The notes: generated from the sequence alone by a model not told the origin. DNA of 64,000 nucleotides from Candidatus Latescibacterota bacterium (GCA_965208125.1 OZ242320.1:4768001-4832000), one strand, 5' to 3'; numbered from the stretch's first letter, positions 47,939-58,648 are shown. Numbers and translations: made by a program.

Positions 47939-50900
47939 ATGACACTCAAATATTTCCTTTTGATGATCGCCCTGACGTTGCTTGTGGGTGCAGGTCAGGC
48001 ATCTGCACAGGGTCCGAGTGTGTCGCTCAGGCATGTTCCCGATGCAGGTGGCACCGAAGGCATCATTTCTGGACCGGGCACGACCTTTACGGTCAGGGTT
48101 TCCCAAACAGGTGTTAACGATATTCCTGGGATTGCCAATGCGGCTCGCCTGAATATTGATTTTGCATTTGATACATCTGTTGTAAATCTTACTACTCCGA
48201 TTGGCTTTCGCCGAGCCGATAATGCAACTGGTACTACGCTTACCCTGATCGCTTTTCCGAGACCTACCCTAACAGTGCCAGACTCCGTTGATCTCACTTT
48301 TACGACGAGTGCTGATTATGATGGTTCTGAGTTTACCATTGAAATTACGGGGGTCAGTAGTACAGGGATTGCAATTCCTCTATCAGAAAAGCTCACCTTT
48401 AATTCCGTCCGTCCGCTTCCTCTCGATCCCCAGCTTCATCTGGATACACAGATTGAAAGTCCTGCACAGAACAACAGTGTGCTGACCTTCACGGACAAGA
48501 GGCCGGGTGATACCCTCCAAATTCAGCTTTTTGTGCCAAATGTAGCAGGTCAGGACATCCAGGCTTTCACACTCGAACTGGCCTTACAGGGCAAGACATT
48601 TGCCGATTTTATCAGTAGCATATCCGGCAGTGATTGGACAGGTGGCGACCTATTCCCTGGAACATCTGCATCTAACCTCCCAACGCTGAGTGGGCTGTTT
48701 CTCAATGCTGCGCCTGTACCTATGACGGGGTATCTGGGTCAAATAGACCTTGAGGTGATCGGTGTGCTGAGCGACCAGGACAAGTTGCGCGTCACCAGTG
48801 CTTTCCTCGCTGTTGCGGGTGGGGCACTACAATCTATGGATGTGTCCGATGTGGAGGTTTCCTTTGCGCCAATCTGTCCTGGAGATTTTGACGACAATGG
48901 GATCGTCAACATGGCAGATTTTATGCTCTTTGAGGGGGTGTTTGGCACGCGGTCTTCGGATGCTGCTTACAATGCACTGATGGACATGGACAGCAGTGGG
49001 GGTATAGATGTGGCAGATTTTATGCTCTTTGTCGATGTATTCGACACTACCTGTAAGCAACAACCTCCGGGTGATGGCGGTGGTGGACAAACGGGAGTTT
49101 CTATTCCGGATGCGAACCTTCGTGCTGTGATTGAGGACAGTCTGAGTAAGGCGAGCGGTGCGCCGATCACGCAGGCAGAAATGGCGAGCTTGAGGCGCCT
49201 TGAAGCACCGGACTCGGACATCGGCGATTTGATCGGGCTTGAATTTGCAATTGGTCTGACAGATCTGGGTCTTTACAGCAACAGCATCTCGGACCTCTCA
49301 CCTCTATCTAACTTGACCAACTTGACATGGCTGCGGCTTTCCAGCAACAGCATCTCGGACCTCTCACCTCTATCTAACTTGACCAACCTGACATGGCTGA
49401 GTGTTCACGATAACGATTTATCGGGTGAACTTCCGTCTCCTTTGGGCAACTTGACCAACTTGCGACATCTGGAGGTTGGTTGGAACCGGCTTTCAGGTGA
49501 GCTCCCATCGTGGCTGGGCAACTTCACCAACTTGGAAGTGCTGATACTTAGTAACAACCAGTTTTCGGGTTCTCTTCCGTCGTGGTTGGGCAACCTCACC
49601 AACATGCGATTGCTGTATCTTTCCGATAATAATTTCTCGGGCGCACTCCCTTTGTCTTTGGTCAATCTCAGGTTGGAATCGCTATTTCTGGATAACACGC
49701 AGTTGTGCGTGCCGACGGATGCCGCATTCCAGACGTGGCTGGAAGGCATCGAGAACAAGCGTGGCGTTGTCAACTGCGCGGATGAGAGTAGTGGTAGCGG
49801 AACGCCAAAGATGTACTGGACAGACCATGTGACGGACAAGATCCAGCGGGCGAACCTGGACGGCAGCGGGGTGGAAGACCTCGTCACCGGATTGAGCAGT
49901 CCAACCGACCTGGACCTGGGCAACGGCGGATTTTACTGGACGGACTACGGGACAGGCAAGATTCAGCGGGCGAACCTGGACGGGTCGGGAGTCGAGGACC
50001 TCATCACTTCCGGGTTGCGCGTCCCATCCGGTATTGCCCTGGATATGGGCAACGGCAAGATGTACTGGACGGATGTAGGGACGGATAAGATCCAGCGGGC
50101 GAACCTGGACGGCAGCGGAGTGGAAGACCTCGTTACGGGATTAGATCACCCACACCGCATTGCCCTGGATATGGGCAACGGCAAGATGTACTGGACGGAC
50201 GGGGTGACGGATAAGATTCAGCGGGCGAACCTGGACGGCAGCGGAGTGGAAGACCTCGTCGTCTCCGGTTTAAACGACCCAGTTGGCATTGCCCTAGATC
50301 TGGATAACAGCAAGATGTACTGGACGGATCTGAGGGCCCTTAAGATCCAGCGGGCGAACCTGGACGGCAGCGGGGTGGAAGACCTCGTTACGGGATTGGA
50401 GGGTTATCCAGACGGCATCGCTCTGGACTTGGGCAACGGTAAGATGTACTGGACGACCGCGTTGACGGGCAAGATCCAGCGGGCGAACCTGGACGGCAGC
50501 GGGGTGGAAGACCTCGTTACGGGATTGGGCAATCCACACGGCATTGTGTTGAATATTTCAGGGGATAGTGGCAGTACGTCGGTTACCATCCCTGATGCGA
50601 ACCTGCGCGCTGTTATTGAGGACAAGCTCGGCAAGGCGCGTGGTGCGTTGATCACCCCATCCGAGATGGCGAGCTTGACGAGCCTTGATGTGCCGCCGAA
50701 CTCGAACATCAGCGATTTGACCGGGCTTGAGTTTGCAACTGGTCTGAACAGTTTGGATCTTGGCATCAACAGCATCTCAGATGTGTCCGCACTGTCTAAC
50801 CTTACTAACCTGACAGTGCTGTCTATGAACAACAACAGCATCTTAGATGTGTCTGCCCTGTCTGGTCTGACTAACCTGACAGTGCTGTCTATGAACAACA

Positions 50901-52774
50901 ACAGCATCTTAGATGTGTCTGCCCTATCTAACCTTACTAACCTGACAAATCTGTATCTTGGCGGCAACAGAATCTCGGACGTGTCTGCTCTGTCAGGACT
51001 GACCAACCTGACATGGCTGGAGCTTGGATCCAACAGCATCTCAGATGTGTCTGTCTTGCCTGGCCTGACCAATCTGACATGGCTAAGTCTTGGCCAAAAC
51101 AGCATCTCGGATGTATCGTCACTGTCTTCCTTGACCAACCTGAGAGGGCTGTTTCTTGACGGCAACCAGTTGACGGGCAGTATCCCCTCTTGGCTGGGTA
51201 GCCTCACCAACCTGCAAAGGCTGGGGCTATCTGACAACGCCGGTCTTTCCGGCCTCTTACCAGGTTCGTTCACCAGTCTCGCCAATCTCCAGTATCTGTA
51301 TCTTGCAGATACGGGGTTGTGTGCGCCAACAGATGCGGCGTTCCAGGCATGGCTGGAAGGCATCGAGAACAAGAGCGGCGTTGTCAACTGCGGCGGTGGC
51401 CTGTCAGGTCCTGACTTCGCCAAACATGTGATCGATGATGTGGATCGTCTTCTCAACGTCGAAGACCTCTACGGGCTGGATCTCGACGCCGATGGCGATC
51501 TGGACATCCTCACGGGCGGGGCAAATGCGGACGTGCATTGGCACGAGAACGACGGCGGCGTCTTCACCCAGAGGTTGATATTTAGCGCGGGTAGCGGCAG
51601 GCGCGTGTACCCGGCCGACGTCGATGGGGATGGCGATGCCGACGTGCTCTCCGCCGCCTGGAGCGACGACAAGATCGCGTGGCACGAGAACGACGGCAGC
51701 GGCGTCTTCGTGGAGCGCGTGATCTCGACGAACGCGGACGGGGCCCAATCGGTGCATGCGGCGGACCTGGACGGGGACGGCGATGCCGACGTGCTCTCCG
51801 CCTCCAGTTACGACGACAAGATCGCGTGGTATGAGAACGACGGCGGCGTCTTCGTGGAGCGCGTGATCTCGACCGACGCCGACCGGGCCGAGTGGGTGCA
51901 CGCCGCCGATGTCGACGGCGATGGCGATGCCGACGTGCTGTACGTCGCTTGGGAGGACCACAAGATCGCGTGGTATGAGAACGACGGCGGCGGCGTCTTC
52001 GTGGAGCGCGTGATCTCGACCGATTTCGTCGGCCCCTATTTCGTGCATGCGGCGGATCTGGACGGGGACGGGGACGCCGACGTGCTCTCCGCCTCCGCCG
52101 TGAACCGGGACGCGGAGATCGCGTGGTACGAGAACGACGGCGGCGTGTTCGAGAAGCGGGTCATCTCGACGAATACGAGCGCCGAAGTGCATACGGCGGA
52201 CCTGGACGGGGACGGCGATGCCGACGTGCTCTTCGCCTCCAGTTACGACGACAAGATCGCGTGGTATGAGAACGACGGCGGCGGCGTCTTCGTGGAGCGC
52301 GTGGTCTCAACGGTCCTGTCACTTCGGGGAGTAGGCGCGGCGGACCTAGATGGAGACGGCGACCTGGATGTGCTGTCAGCATCGGGTGGCGACGAGCCGC
52401 TCGCCTGGCACGAGAACCTGTCGAACCACGGCGACGACCACGGGGACGCGCCTGACGCCGCAACGCTGGCGACGGCGCTGCCAGCGTTCCTGCACGGCGT
52501 GCTGGAGTCGGCGGGGGACCGCGACGTCTTCCGCGTGGCGACCGGAAGCGGCACGCTCCGCGTGTACTCGAACGGACCGACCAACACGTACGGAACGCTG
52601 CTGGACGCCAACGGCGCAGTGATGGCCGGGAACGACGATTCCGGCGCGGGGTTGAACTTCGAGATCGAGACGGCGGTCGGGGCGGGGGTCCACTACGTCG
52701 AGGTCAGCAGCTACGCCGATGCAACGACGGGACCCTACACTGTGTCCATCGAGTTCGTTGCCAACCGGCCATGA
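47939..52774 (+). CDS. Secreted protein: cohesin-like domains, EF-hand/dockerin, LRR, 6x YWTD, LRR, 7x FG-GAP, PPC
   Basis: GGGAGG RBS; signal peptide AGQASA; CPGDFDDNGIVNMADF; ADLDGDGDADVL..WYENDG x7; GDRDVFRV. Confidence 0.87.
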   Translation: MTLKYFLLMIALTLLVGAGQASAQGPSVSLRHVPDAGGTEGIISGPGTTFTVRVSQTGVNDIPGIANAARLNIDFAFDTSVVNLTTPIGFRRADNATGTTLTLIAFPRPTLTVPDSVDLTFTTSADYDGSEFTIEITGVSSTGIAIPLSEKLTFNSVRPLPLDPQLHLDTQIESPAQNNSVLTFTDKRPGDTLQIQLFVPNVAGQDIQAFTLELALQGKTFADFISSISGSDWTGGDLFPGTSASNLPTLSGLFLNAAPVPMTGYLGQIDLEVIGVLSDQDKLRVTSAFLAVAGGALQSMDVSDVEVSFAPICPGDFDDNGIVNMADFMLFEGVFGTRSSDAAYNALMDMDSSGGIDVADFMLFVDVFDTTCKQQPPGDGGGGQTGVSIPDANLRAVIEDSLSKASGAPITQAEMASLRRLEAPDSDIGDLIGLEFAIGLTDLGLYSNSISDLSPLSNLTNLTWLRLSSNSISDLSPLSNLTNLTWLSVHDNDLSGELPSPLGNLTNLRHLEVGWNRLSGELPSWLGNFTNLEVLILSNNQFSGSLPSWLGNLTNMRLLYLSDNNFSGALPLSLVNLRLESLFLDNTQLCVPTDAAFQTWLEGIENKRGVVNCADESSGSGTPKMYWTDHVTDKIQRANLDGSGVEDLVTGLSSPTDLDLGNGGFYWTDYGTGKIQRANLDGSGVEDLITSGLRVPSGIALDMGNGKMYWTDVGTDKIQRANLDGSGVEDLVTGLDHPHRIALDMGNGKMYWTDGVTDKIQRANLDGSGVEDLVVSGLNDPVGIALDLDNSKMYWTDLRALKIQRANLDGSGVEDLVTGLEGYPDGIALDLGNGKMYWTTALTGKIQRANLDGSGVEDLVTGLGNPHGIVLNISGDSGSTSVTIPDANLRAVIEDKLGKARGALITPSEMASLTSLDVPPNSNISDLTGLEFATGLNSLDLGINSISDVSALSNLTNLTVLSMNNNSILDVSALSGLTNLTVLSMNNNSILDVSALSNLTNLTNLYLGGNRISDVSALSGLTNLTWLELGSNSISDVSVLPGLTNLTWLSLGQNSISDVSSLSSLTNLRGLFLDGNQLTGSIPSWLGSLTNLQRLGLSDNAGLSGLLPGSFTSLANLQYLYLADTGLCAPTDAAFQAWLEGIENKSGVVNCGGGLSGPDFAKHVIDDVDRLLNVEDLYGLDLDADGDLDILTGGANADVHWHENDGGVFTQRLIFSAGSGRRVYPADVDGDGDADVLSAAWSDDKIAWHENDGSGVFVERVISTNADGAQSVHAADLDGDGDADVLSASSYDDKIAWYENDGGVFVERVISTDADRAEWVHAADVDGDGDADVLYVAWEDHKIAWYENDGGGVFVERVISTDFVGPYFVHAADLDGDGDADVLSASAVNRDAEIAWYENDGGVFEKRVISTNTSAEVHTADLDGDGDADVLFASSYDDKIAWYENDGGGVFVERVVSTVLSLRGVGAADLDGDGDLDVLSASGGDEPLAWHENLSNHGDDHGDAPDAATLATALPAFLHGVLESAGDRDVFRVATGSGTLRVYSNGPTNTYGTLLDANGAVMAGNDDSGAGLNFEIETAVGAGVHYVEVSSYADATTGPYTVSIEFVANRP

Positions 52775-53139
52775 TTCGTTGCGAGCGATCCGGGAAGCCA
52801 GAGCTACACGACCGGCATTGCGGAAGATCGGCATCGATCAAAACGGCGACAGCTGGTGGCAATCTCGTCAGGCTAACGAACAATTCCACACATGATGATC
52901 GTCCCGATTGGTCGCCGGATGGCTCCGAGATCGTTTTCATGTCCAATCGAGACAATTACGCTGGCGGTAAGATATACGTGATGAATGCCGATGGCAGCAA
53001 CTTCGTCCAGTTGACGGAGAGCGGCGACATCAGCGGATATGGAATCGATTGGTCGCCCGATGGTAGCAAGCTTGTTTTTGTCTCCAACCGCGATGGCGAC
53101 GATGATGTTTACGTCGCAGAGTTTGTGATCAGTTCTTGA
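52771..53139 (+). pseudogene. TolB/PD40 repeat fragment
   Basis: RLTNNSTHDDRPDWSPDGSEIVFMSNRD, WSPDGSKLVFVSNRDG; only two repeats and no leader. Confidence 0.65.
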
Positions 53140-53311
53140 GTTCAGGATGTACGCGGGACTTGTGGTCGGATTATGGACCTGACGGGGGGTGTATTTAGGG
53201 GCAGGGAGGCGAGGTGTGCTCTTGGGAAGTTGAAAGACCATTAAAGTGGTTGAAAAGCCTGCGTTTTTGGTTTTTCTGACCGCTGACTACTGACTGCCGC
53301 TAATATGCGGT

Positions 53312-53399
53312 TCATGCGCGTGCGACTTCAAAGGCCGTTATGTTGCGGGTGTTCTTGCTGAATTCTACACCTATCAGGTGGATGGGCTGGTCAAGGCCA
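53312..53399 (-). pseudogene. 3' fragment of the AAA-PD(D/E)XK gene
   Basis: GLDQPIHLIGVEFSKNTRNITAFEVARA*. Confidence 0.85.
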
Positions 53400-53582
53400 A
53401 GGCCGCGGCAGGAAGTACTGCAAATTCTACCAACAGATGTATTGTAGGGTAGTGCCCGCGTGCCCGATAGCGCTGTATTTCTATCCTGTAGGGAGGAAGT
53501 AGAAAATGATACACAGGCCATCAGATCGGGATAACTCCGACAATGCTGATAAATGTCGATTTTTTTATGGAGGAAAACGGCT

Positions 53583-56500
53583 ATGTGGGGTTGTTTGCTT
53601 AAAGGATTCCGGTTTATTGTCGTCCTTGGGTTGCTGGCGTTAGTAGGCCAGGTGTTTACTGGTCCCAACGCCAGCGTCGTTCCGTTGTCGTCGTGTCCCG
53701 GTGATTTCGATGGCAATGGGCGTGTGGATCTTGCTGACTTTCTGGCTTTTGCGGGTGCGTTCGGCGCGCGGTCTGGGGAGGCCAAATATAACGCGGATAT
53801 GGATATGGATGGCAGCGGTGCCATAGATGTGTCGGATTTCCTGGCCTTTGCCGGAGTATTCGGGACCACCTGCCAGGACCCTCCTGACGGTTCGGTCAGC
53901 GGGGACCGGGAGGCGCTTGTGGCGTTGTACAATGCGACAGATGGGCCGAACTGGGTCAATAACGGGAACTGGCTGACAGAGGCACCACTGGGGGACTGGT
54001 ATGGGGTGGACACGGACGAGTCGGGGCGAGTCGTTCGTCTTGTGCTCGCAGGCCACTTTGATGACGAAGTCCGAACCTACGTGTCGTTTGGCCTCCTGGG
54101 CTGGATCCCGCCAGAACTCGGGAATCTAACGCACCTGGAGAAGCTTGATCTACACATCAACGGTCTGGTAGGCACGATCCCGGCGGAGCTCGGGAATCTA
54201 ACGCACCTGAAGGAGCTTTCCCTCGGCTGGAACAGGTTGTCAGGTGTAATACCGCCGAAGCTTGGTGGCCTCACAAACCTGGAAAGGCTTCACATGCGAT
54301 CGAACACTCTGACGGGACCGATTCCGCCAGAGTTGAGGGGCCTCGCTAACCTGAAGCATCTGGATCTATCACAAAACGAACTAACGGGCGGTATTCCCAC
54401 GTCGTTTAGCGGGTTTGTAGAGCTTGAGAGGTTGCAGCTAGGCGGAAACAACTTTACGGGACCGATTCCGCTGGAACTTGCCAACCTTAGCAAGTTGTCA
54501 TCTCTATCTCTCTACGACAACGAGTTGACAGGACCGATTCCGCCGGAACTTGCCAACATCGAGAGGTTGTGGTTCCTGTCGCTGCACAGCAACGGCCTGA
54601 CGGGACCGATTCCACCGGAGCTCGGTAACCTTGGTAATCTGGAGAGCCTGAATTTGGGCAATAACAACCTGACGGGACCGATTCCACCGGAGCTTGGCAA
54701 CCTTGGTAATCTGGAGAGCCTGAATTTGAGCAATAACAACCTGATCGGCCAGGTTCCGCCAGAGCTGGGCAGGCTCACCCAACTGCAGGACCTTGTAATG
54801 TCTGACAACCTGCTGATGGGAGCGCTTCCGTTGAACTTTGTGGAACTCACGAACTTGCAAAACCTTGGCTGCCGAAGGACTGAAGGCGTTTGCGTCCCGG
54901 CGACGGATGAGTTCAGAGAGTGGGCGCGGCAGGTGGAGTCCCGAGGGAACACGCAATGGCCAGTGGACATCCCGTTTTGCGACGAGATTGATGCGGGTGT
55001 CTTGGAGGATCTCTATCAAGCCGCGAACGGCTCTATCTGGACGCGGTCCGATGGCTGGCTCAAGGACGAGAACCTGAGTCGGTGGCACGGGGTGCAGACC
55101 GATCCGATTGGGCGGGTCTCCGGTCTCGATCTGAGCGGCAACGGGCTGTCGGGGTATGTTCCGGAAGTCCTGGGGCAACTGGCGAGCCTGACGAGCTTGA
55201 GGATCGGGGACAACGCGTTGAGTGGCCGGCTGCCCCTGTCGCTGTCTGGCGTGTCGCTGGAAGAGTTCGACTACGGAGGCACGTCTCTGTGTGTGGCAGA
55301 CGATGCCGGATTCCAGAAATGGCTGAACGGCATCCCGCGCCACAGCGGGACGGGGGTGCAGTGTCCTCCTCTCACGGAACGTGAGATTCTCGAATGGTTG
55401 TATCGGAATACGGACGGTGCGAACTGGAACGAGAGCACGGGTTGGCTGACCGAAGTCCCCTTGGCTCAGTGGCATGGCGTGGAGACCGATGCTGCTGGCC
55501 GAGTCGTCGGGCTGCGACTTCCGAACAATGGCCTGACCGGCTCGCTTCCGGTGGAACTCGGAGAGTTATCGCAACTCAGGCAGTTGGATCTTGTCGCCAA
55601 CGGTTTGTCGGGTTCGATCCCGCCGGAAATGGGTGGCCTGGACCGTCTTGAGTGGCTCGCCCTTGCCAGTAATCAACTCAGTGGAAACATTCCTTCGAAA
55701 CTCGGCAAGCTTTCGGAACTAAGGTATCTAAGTCTTAGGCGGAACCGGCTTTCGGGTTCGATTCCGCCGGCGTTGGGTAACCTGGGCAGTCTTGTGTCAC
55801 TCGACCTCGGGTCGAATCAATTCAGCGGCGAGATCCCGCGGGATCTCGCTAGGCTTGTCAACGTGACCCGGTTGGGGCTCGGCAGGAACTTTCTTTCGGG
55901 TCCGGTTCCACCGGAACTGGGTAATCTGATCCGTCTAAGGGTGCTCGCCCTTGAAGAGAATCAACTCAGCGGGGACATCCCTTCGGAACTCGGCAACCTC
56001 GGCGCAATCGAGTCCATCAGGCTTGCCGATAACGAGTTGACCGGCCGCATTCCGCCACAGCTTGGTGCATTGGACCGTCTTTCGGTTTTAGACCTGTCGG
56101 GCAACCAGTTGACCGGTCCGATTCCTGCGGAACTTGGCGGTCTTTCCGGTCTTTCGGAGTTCCAGTTGTTCGGCAACGAGTTGTCGGGATTGATTCCCGT
56201 GGAATTGGGTGATCTGGCCAACCTGGCCACGCTGAATCTGGGCGATAATGAACTCACGGGACCACTGCCCACTGAACTCGGGTACGCCGCAAAGCTGGAG
56301 GGTCTCGACGTGCGGTCCAACGCGCTGACCGGTCCAGTGCCGCCCGAATTTGGCAATCTCACGCTGCTGAAGTCGCTGATTCTCGCTGACAACCCTGGTC
56401 TGTCCGGGCCGCTACCTCCCGGTATTGCGTCATTGGGGCAACTCGAACAGTTCATGGCGGGGGGGACCGCACTGTGTCGTCCGGCGGATTCCGAGTTTAC

Positions 56501-58040
56501 CGCATGGTTCCGTGCCATTGGTGAACGCCGTCTGGTGCGTTGCGAGGGCGGGGCCGCCGTGTATCTCACTCAGGCCGTCCAGTCGTGGGACGATCCGGTG
56601 CCGCTGCTGGCGGGAGAGCCAGCGTTGCTGCGTGTCTTCGTGACGGCGCTACATGGTGGTACGGCCACAATGCCCGATGTCCGGGCTACGTTCTTTGTGG
56701 ATGGCGTGGAGCGGCACACCGTCCATATCGCCGCAGGTACACAGTCTATCCCCCAGGAGGTCTCGGAAGGGGATCTTGCGCTGTCGGCTAACGCCGAGAT
56801 TCCGGCATCGCTCGTGGTGCCTGGCCTGGAGATGGTGATCGAAGTTGATCCAGAAGGTGCTCTGGACCCGGCGCTTGGAGTGACGAAACGGATTCCGGAG
56901 GAAGGCCGAACAGCCGTTGATGTGCGGCGCATGCCGTCCTTGCACTTGACACTGATCCCGTTTCTTTGGGAGGCCGAACCGGACTTGTCACTCATCGAGA
57001 CCGTCTCCGCAATGGCGGCGGATCCGGATGGTCACGAGTTGCTGCGCAATGTGCGGAGACTCCTGCCAATTGCGGGAATCAATGTCATGGCGCGCGAGCC
57101 TGTCACCACATCGACTCAGGATAGTCGCAGAAGGCTGTCGCAGGTTGAAGCCATTCGCATCATGGAAAACGGCTTGGGATACTGGATGGGCGTATCGAGT
57201 TTCAGGCGTGCGCCCGGGTTCCGTACGGTTCCATCAGCCGCCGGGCGTGCCTTCGTCGGCGGACGGGCGAGCATGGCGTTGGCAAACCCTAAGACCATCG
57301 CCCATGAACTGGGACACAACCTCTCGCTCAGGCACGCACCCTGTGGTGGTGCTGGGGGCCTGGACCCCTGGTTCCCGCATCATCAGGGGAGCATTGGGGT
57401 TTGGGGATACGATTTTGACCGGGAGTCATTGGTGCCGCCGGACGCCGCTGACATCATGTCCTATTGCTCGGGAGTCAACTGGATCAGCGATTTCTTTTTT
57501 AACAAGGCGCTCAACCACCGCCTCGCCAACGAAGGTGCCACGACGACCGCATTGACCGCGGAAGCGGATCCCACACGCTGCCTCCTATTCTGGGGCGGAC
57601 GGGATGAAGACGGCGTCCCGTACCTGGATCCCGCCTTCATCGTGGAAGCCACACCGTCTGTTCCAGCTTCAGGCGGAGAGTACACCATTGAGGGAGCGGC
57701 TGCTGACGGGATGCCCGTCTTTTCGTTCAGCTTTGATATGCCTGTCACTGCAGACGCTGCGGGCGAAGAGACGAGCTTCGTGTTCGCGTTGCCTGTCCAG
57801 CGCGAATGGGTAGGAAATCTGGCGAGTATCACGCTTTCTGGACCTGGTGGCTTGGCCACCCTGGACGAGAGCACGGACCGTCCAATGGCTATCCTGCGCG
57901 ATCAGCGAACGGGTCAGGTACGTGGCTTTCTGTCGGACCTTCCTTCAGGGGAAGCGGCTCAGGCGGCTGCGAAAAGCGCGGCTGCGGCGAAACCAGGAGT
58001 GGAAGTGCTCTTCAGCCGGGGTATCTCGGATCTACGGTAA
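53583..58040 (+). CDS. Secreted EF-hand/dockerin, three LRR blocks, M66-like zinc metalloprotease
   Basis: GGAGG RBS; CPGDFDGNGRVDLADF; LTGPIPPELGNL LRRs; AHELGHNLSLRHAPCG, DIMSYC. Confidence 0.88.
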   Translation: MWGCLLKGFRFIVVLGLLALVGQVFTGPNASVVPLSSCPGDFDGNGRVDLADFLAFAGAFGARSGEAKYNADMDMDGSGAIDVSDFLAFAGVFGTTCQDPPDGSVSGDREALVALYNATDGPNWVNNGNWLTEAPLGDWYGVDTDESGRVVRLVLAGHFDDEVRTYVSFGLLGWIPPELGNLTHLEKLDLHINGLVGTIPAELGNLTHLKELSLGWNRLSGVIPPKLGGLTNLERLHMRSNTLTGPIPPELRGLANLKHLDLSQNELTGGIPTSFSGFVELERLQLGGNNFTGPIPLELANLSKLSSLSLYDNELTGPIPPELANIERLWFLSLHSNGLTGPIPPELGNLGNLESLNLGNNNLTGPIPPELGNLGNLESLNLSNNNLIGQVPPELGRLTQLQDLVMSDNLLMGALPLNFVELTNLQNLGCRRTEGVCVPATDEFREWARQVESRGNTQWPVDIPFCDEIDAGVLEDLYQAANGSIWTRSDGWLKDENLSRWHGVQTDPIGRVSGLDLSGNGLSGYVPEVLGQLASLTSLRIGDNALSGRLPLSLSGVSLEEFDYGGTSLCVADDAGFQKWLNGIPRHSGTGVQCPPLTEREILEWLYRNTDGANWNESTGWLTEVPLAQWHGVETDAAGRVVGLRLPNNGLTGSLPVELGELSQLRQLDLVANGLSGSIPPEMGGLDRLEWLALASNQLSGNIPSKLGKLSELRYLSLRRNRLSGSIPPALGNLGSLVSLDLGSNQFSGEIPRDLARLVNVTRLGLGRNFLSGPVPPELGNLIRLRVLALEENQLSGDIPSELGNLGAIESIRLADNELTGRIPPQLGALDRLSVLDLSGNQLTGPIPAELGGLSGLSEFQLFGNELSGLIPVELGDLANLATLNLGDNELTGPLPTELGYAAKLEGLDVRSNALTGPVPPEFGNLTLLKSLILADNPGLSGPLPPGIASLGQLEQFMAGGTALCRPADSEFTAWFRAIGERRLVRCEGGAAVYLTQAVQSWDDPVPLLAGEPALLRVFVTALHGGTATMPDVRATFFVDGVERHTVHIAAGTQSIPQEVSEGDLALSANAEIPASLVVPGLEMVIEVDPEGALDPALGVTKRIPEEGRTAVDVRRMPSLHLTLIPFLWEAEPDLSLIETVSAMAADPDGHELLRNVRRLLPIAGINVMAREPVTTSTQDSRRRLSQVEAIRIMENGLGYWMGVSSFRRAPGFRTVPSAAGRAFVGGRASMALANPKTIAHELGHNLSLRHAPCGGAGGLDPWFPHHQGSIGVWGYDFDRESLVPPDAADIMSYCSGVNWISDFFFNKALNHRLANEGATTTALTAEADPTRCLLFWGGRDEDGVPYLDPAFIVEATPSVPASGGEYTIEGAAADGMPVFSFSFDMPVTADAAGEETSFVFALPVQREWVGNLASITLSGPGGLATLDESTDRPMAILRDQRTGQVRGFLSDLPSGEAAQAAAKSAAAAKPGVEVLFSRGISDLR

Positions 58041-58137
58041 AGAACAAACATTGCCACGATCGGTGGCGGAGGCGCGGTCGTCCCAGGGAACGCCATAAGG
58101 ATGGGATCAGTCAAAGTCTGCCAGATAGGGTGGCGGT

Positions 58138-58579
58138 TCATGCGCACAGTGTTTGCCATAAGGCGGGTTGAGTCTTTCTCCAGATAGCGCAACAGGCTGC
58201 GATTGAGGCTCTGGCGCACTTCCCGATTGGGATAACCCAACCGATAGAGGGATGCGCCGCCGAGGTTCTCTTTCTCTGTAATGGTGAGGTAGCCGGTCTG
58301 GAATAGCAATGCCTTTGTTGCCATGTCATCGACGTCAAAGGTGGATAACAACTCGTCGCCGCCGATCATGTTATCCAATTCGAGGGAACTGACGCGGCGA
58401 TTGAACAGGGTTTCGATGAGGAAGGTGGGTGTGCCGGTCTCGAACCAGTATGTGCCAAAGGTGCGCTTGTCAAAGAGCAGGAGGATGTCAAAGGGGTTGT
58501 ACACCTTTTCGTCACCAAGCCAGCTATAGCCATTGTACCAGTCGCGGATGTCTTCTCTGTCCAGGCCGGGTAGTTCTGG
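58138..58579 (-). pseudogene. Internal fragment of the AAA-PD(D/E)XK gene fused to its own 3' end
   Basis: PELPGLDR...LMANTV joined at GCGC to the terminal bases. Confidence 0.88.
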
Positions 58580-58582
58580 ATT

Positions 58583-58609
58583 GTAGGGGTAGTACCCCTG
58601 TGCCTGTCC
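58583..58609 (+). repeat. GTAG-type REP-like element (related copies at 47873, 53444 and inverted at 15803)
   Basis: GTAGGGGTAGTACCCCTGTGCCTGTCC and variants. Confidence 0.55.
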
Positions 58610-58648
58610 GCTAACGCTGTATTCTATCCTATAGGGAGGGATTGAAAA

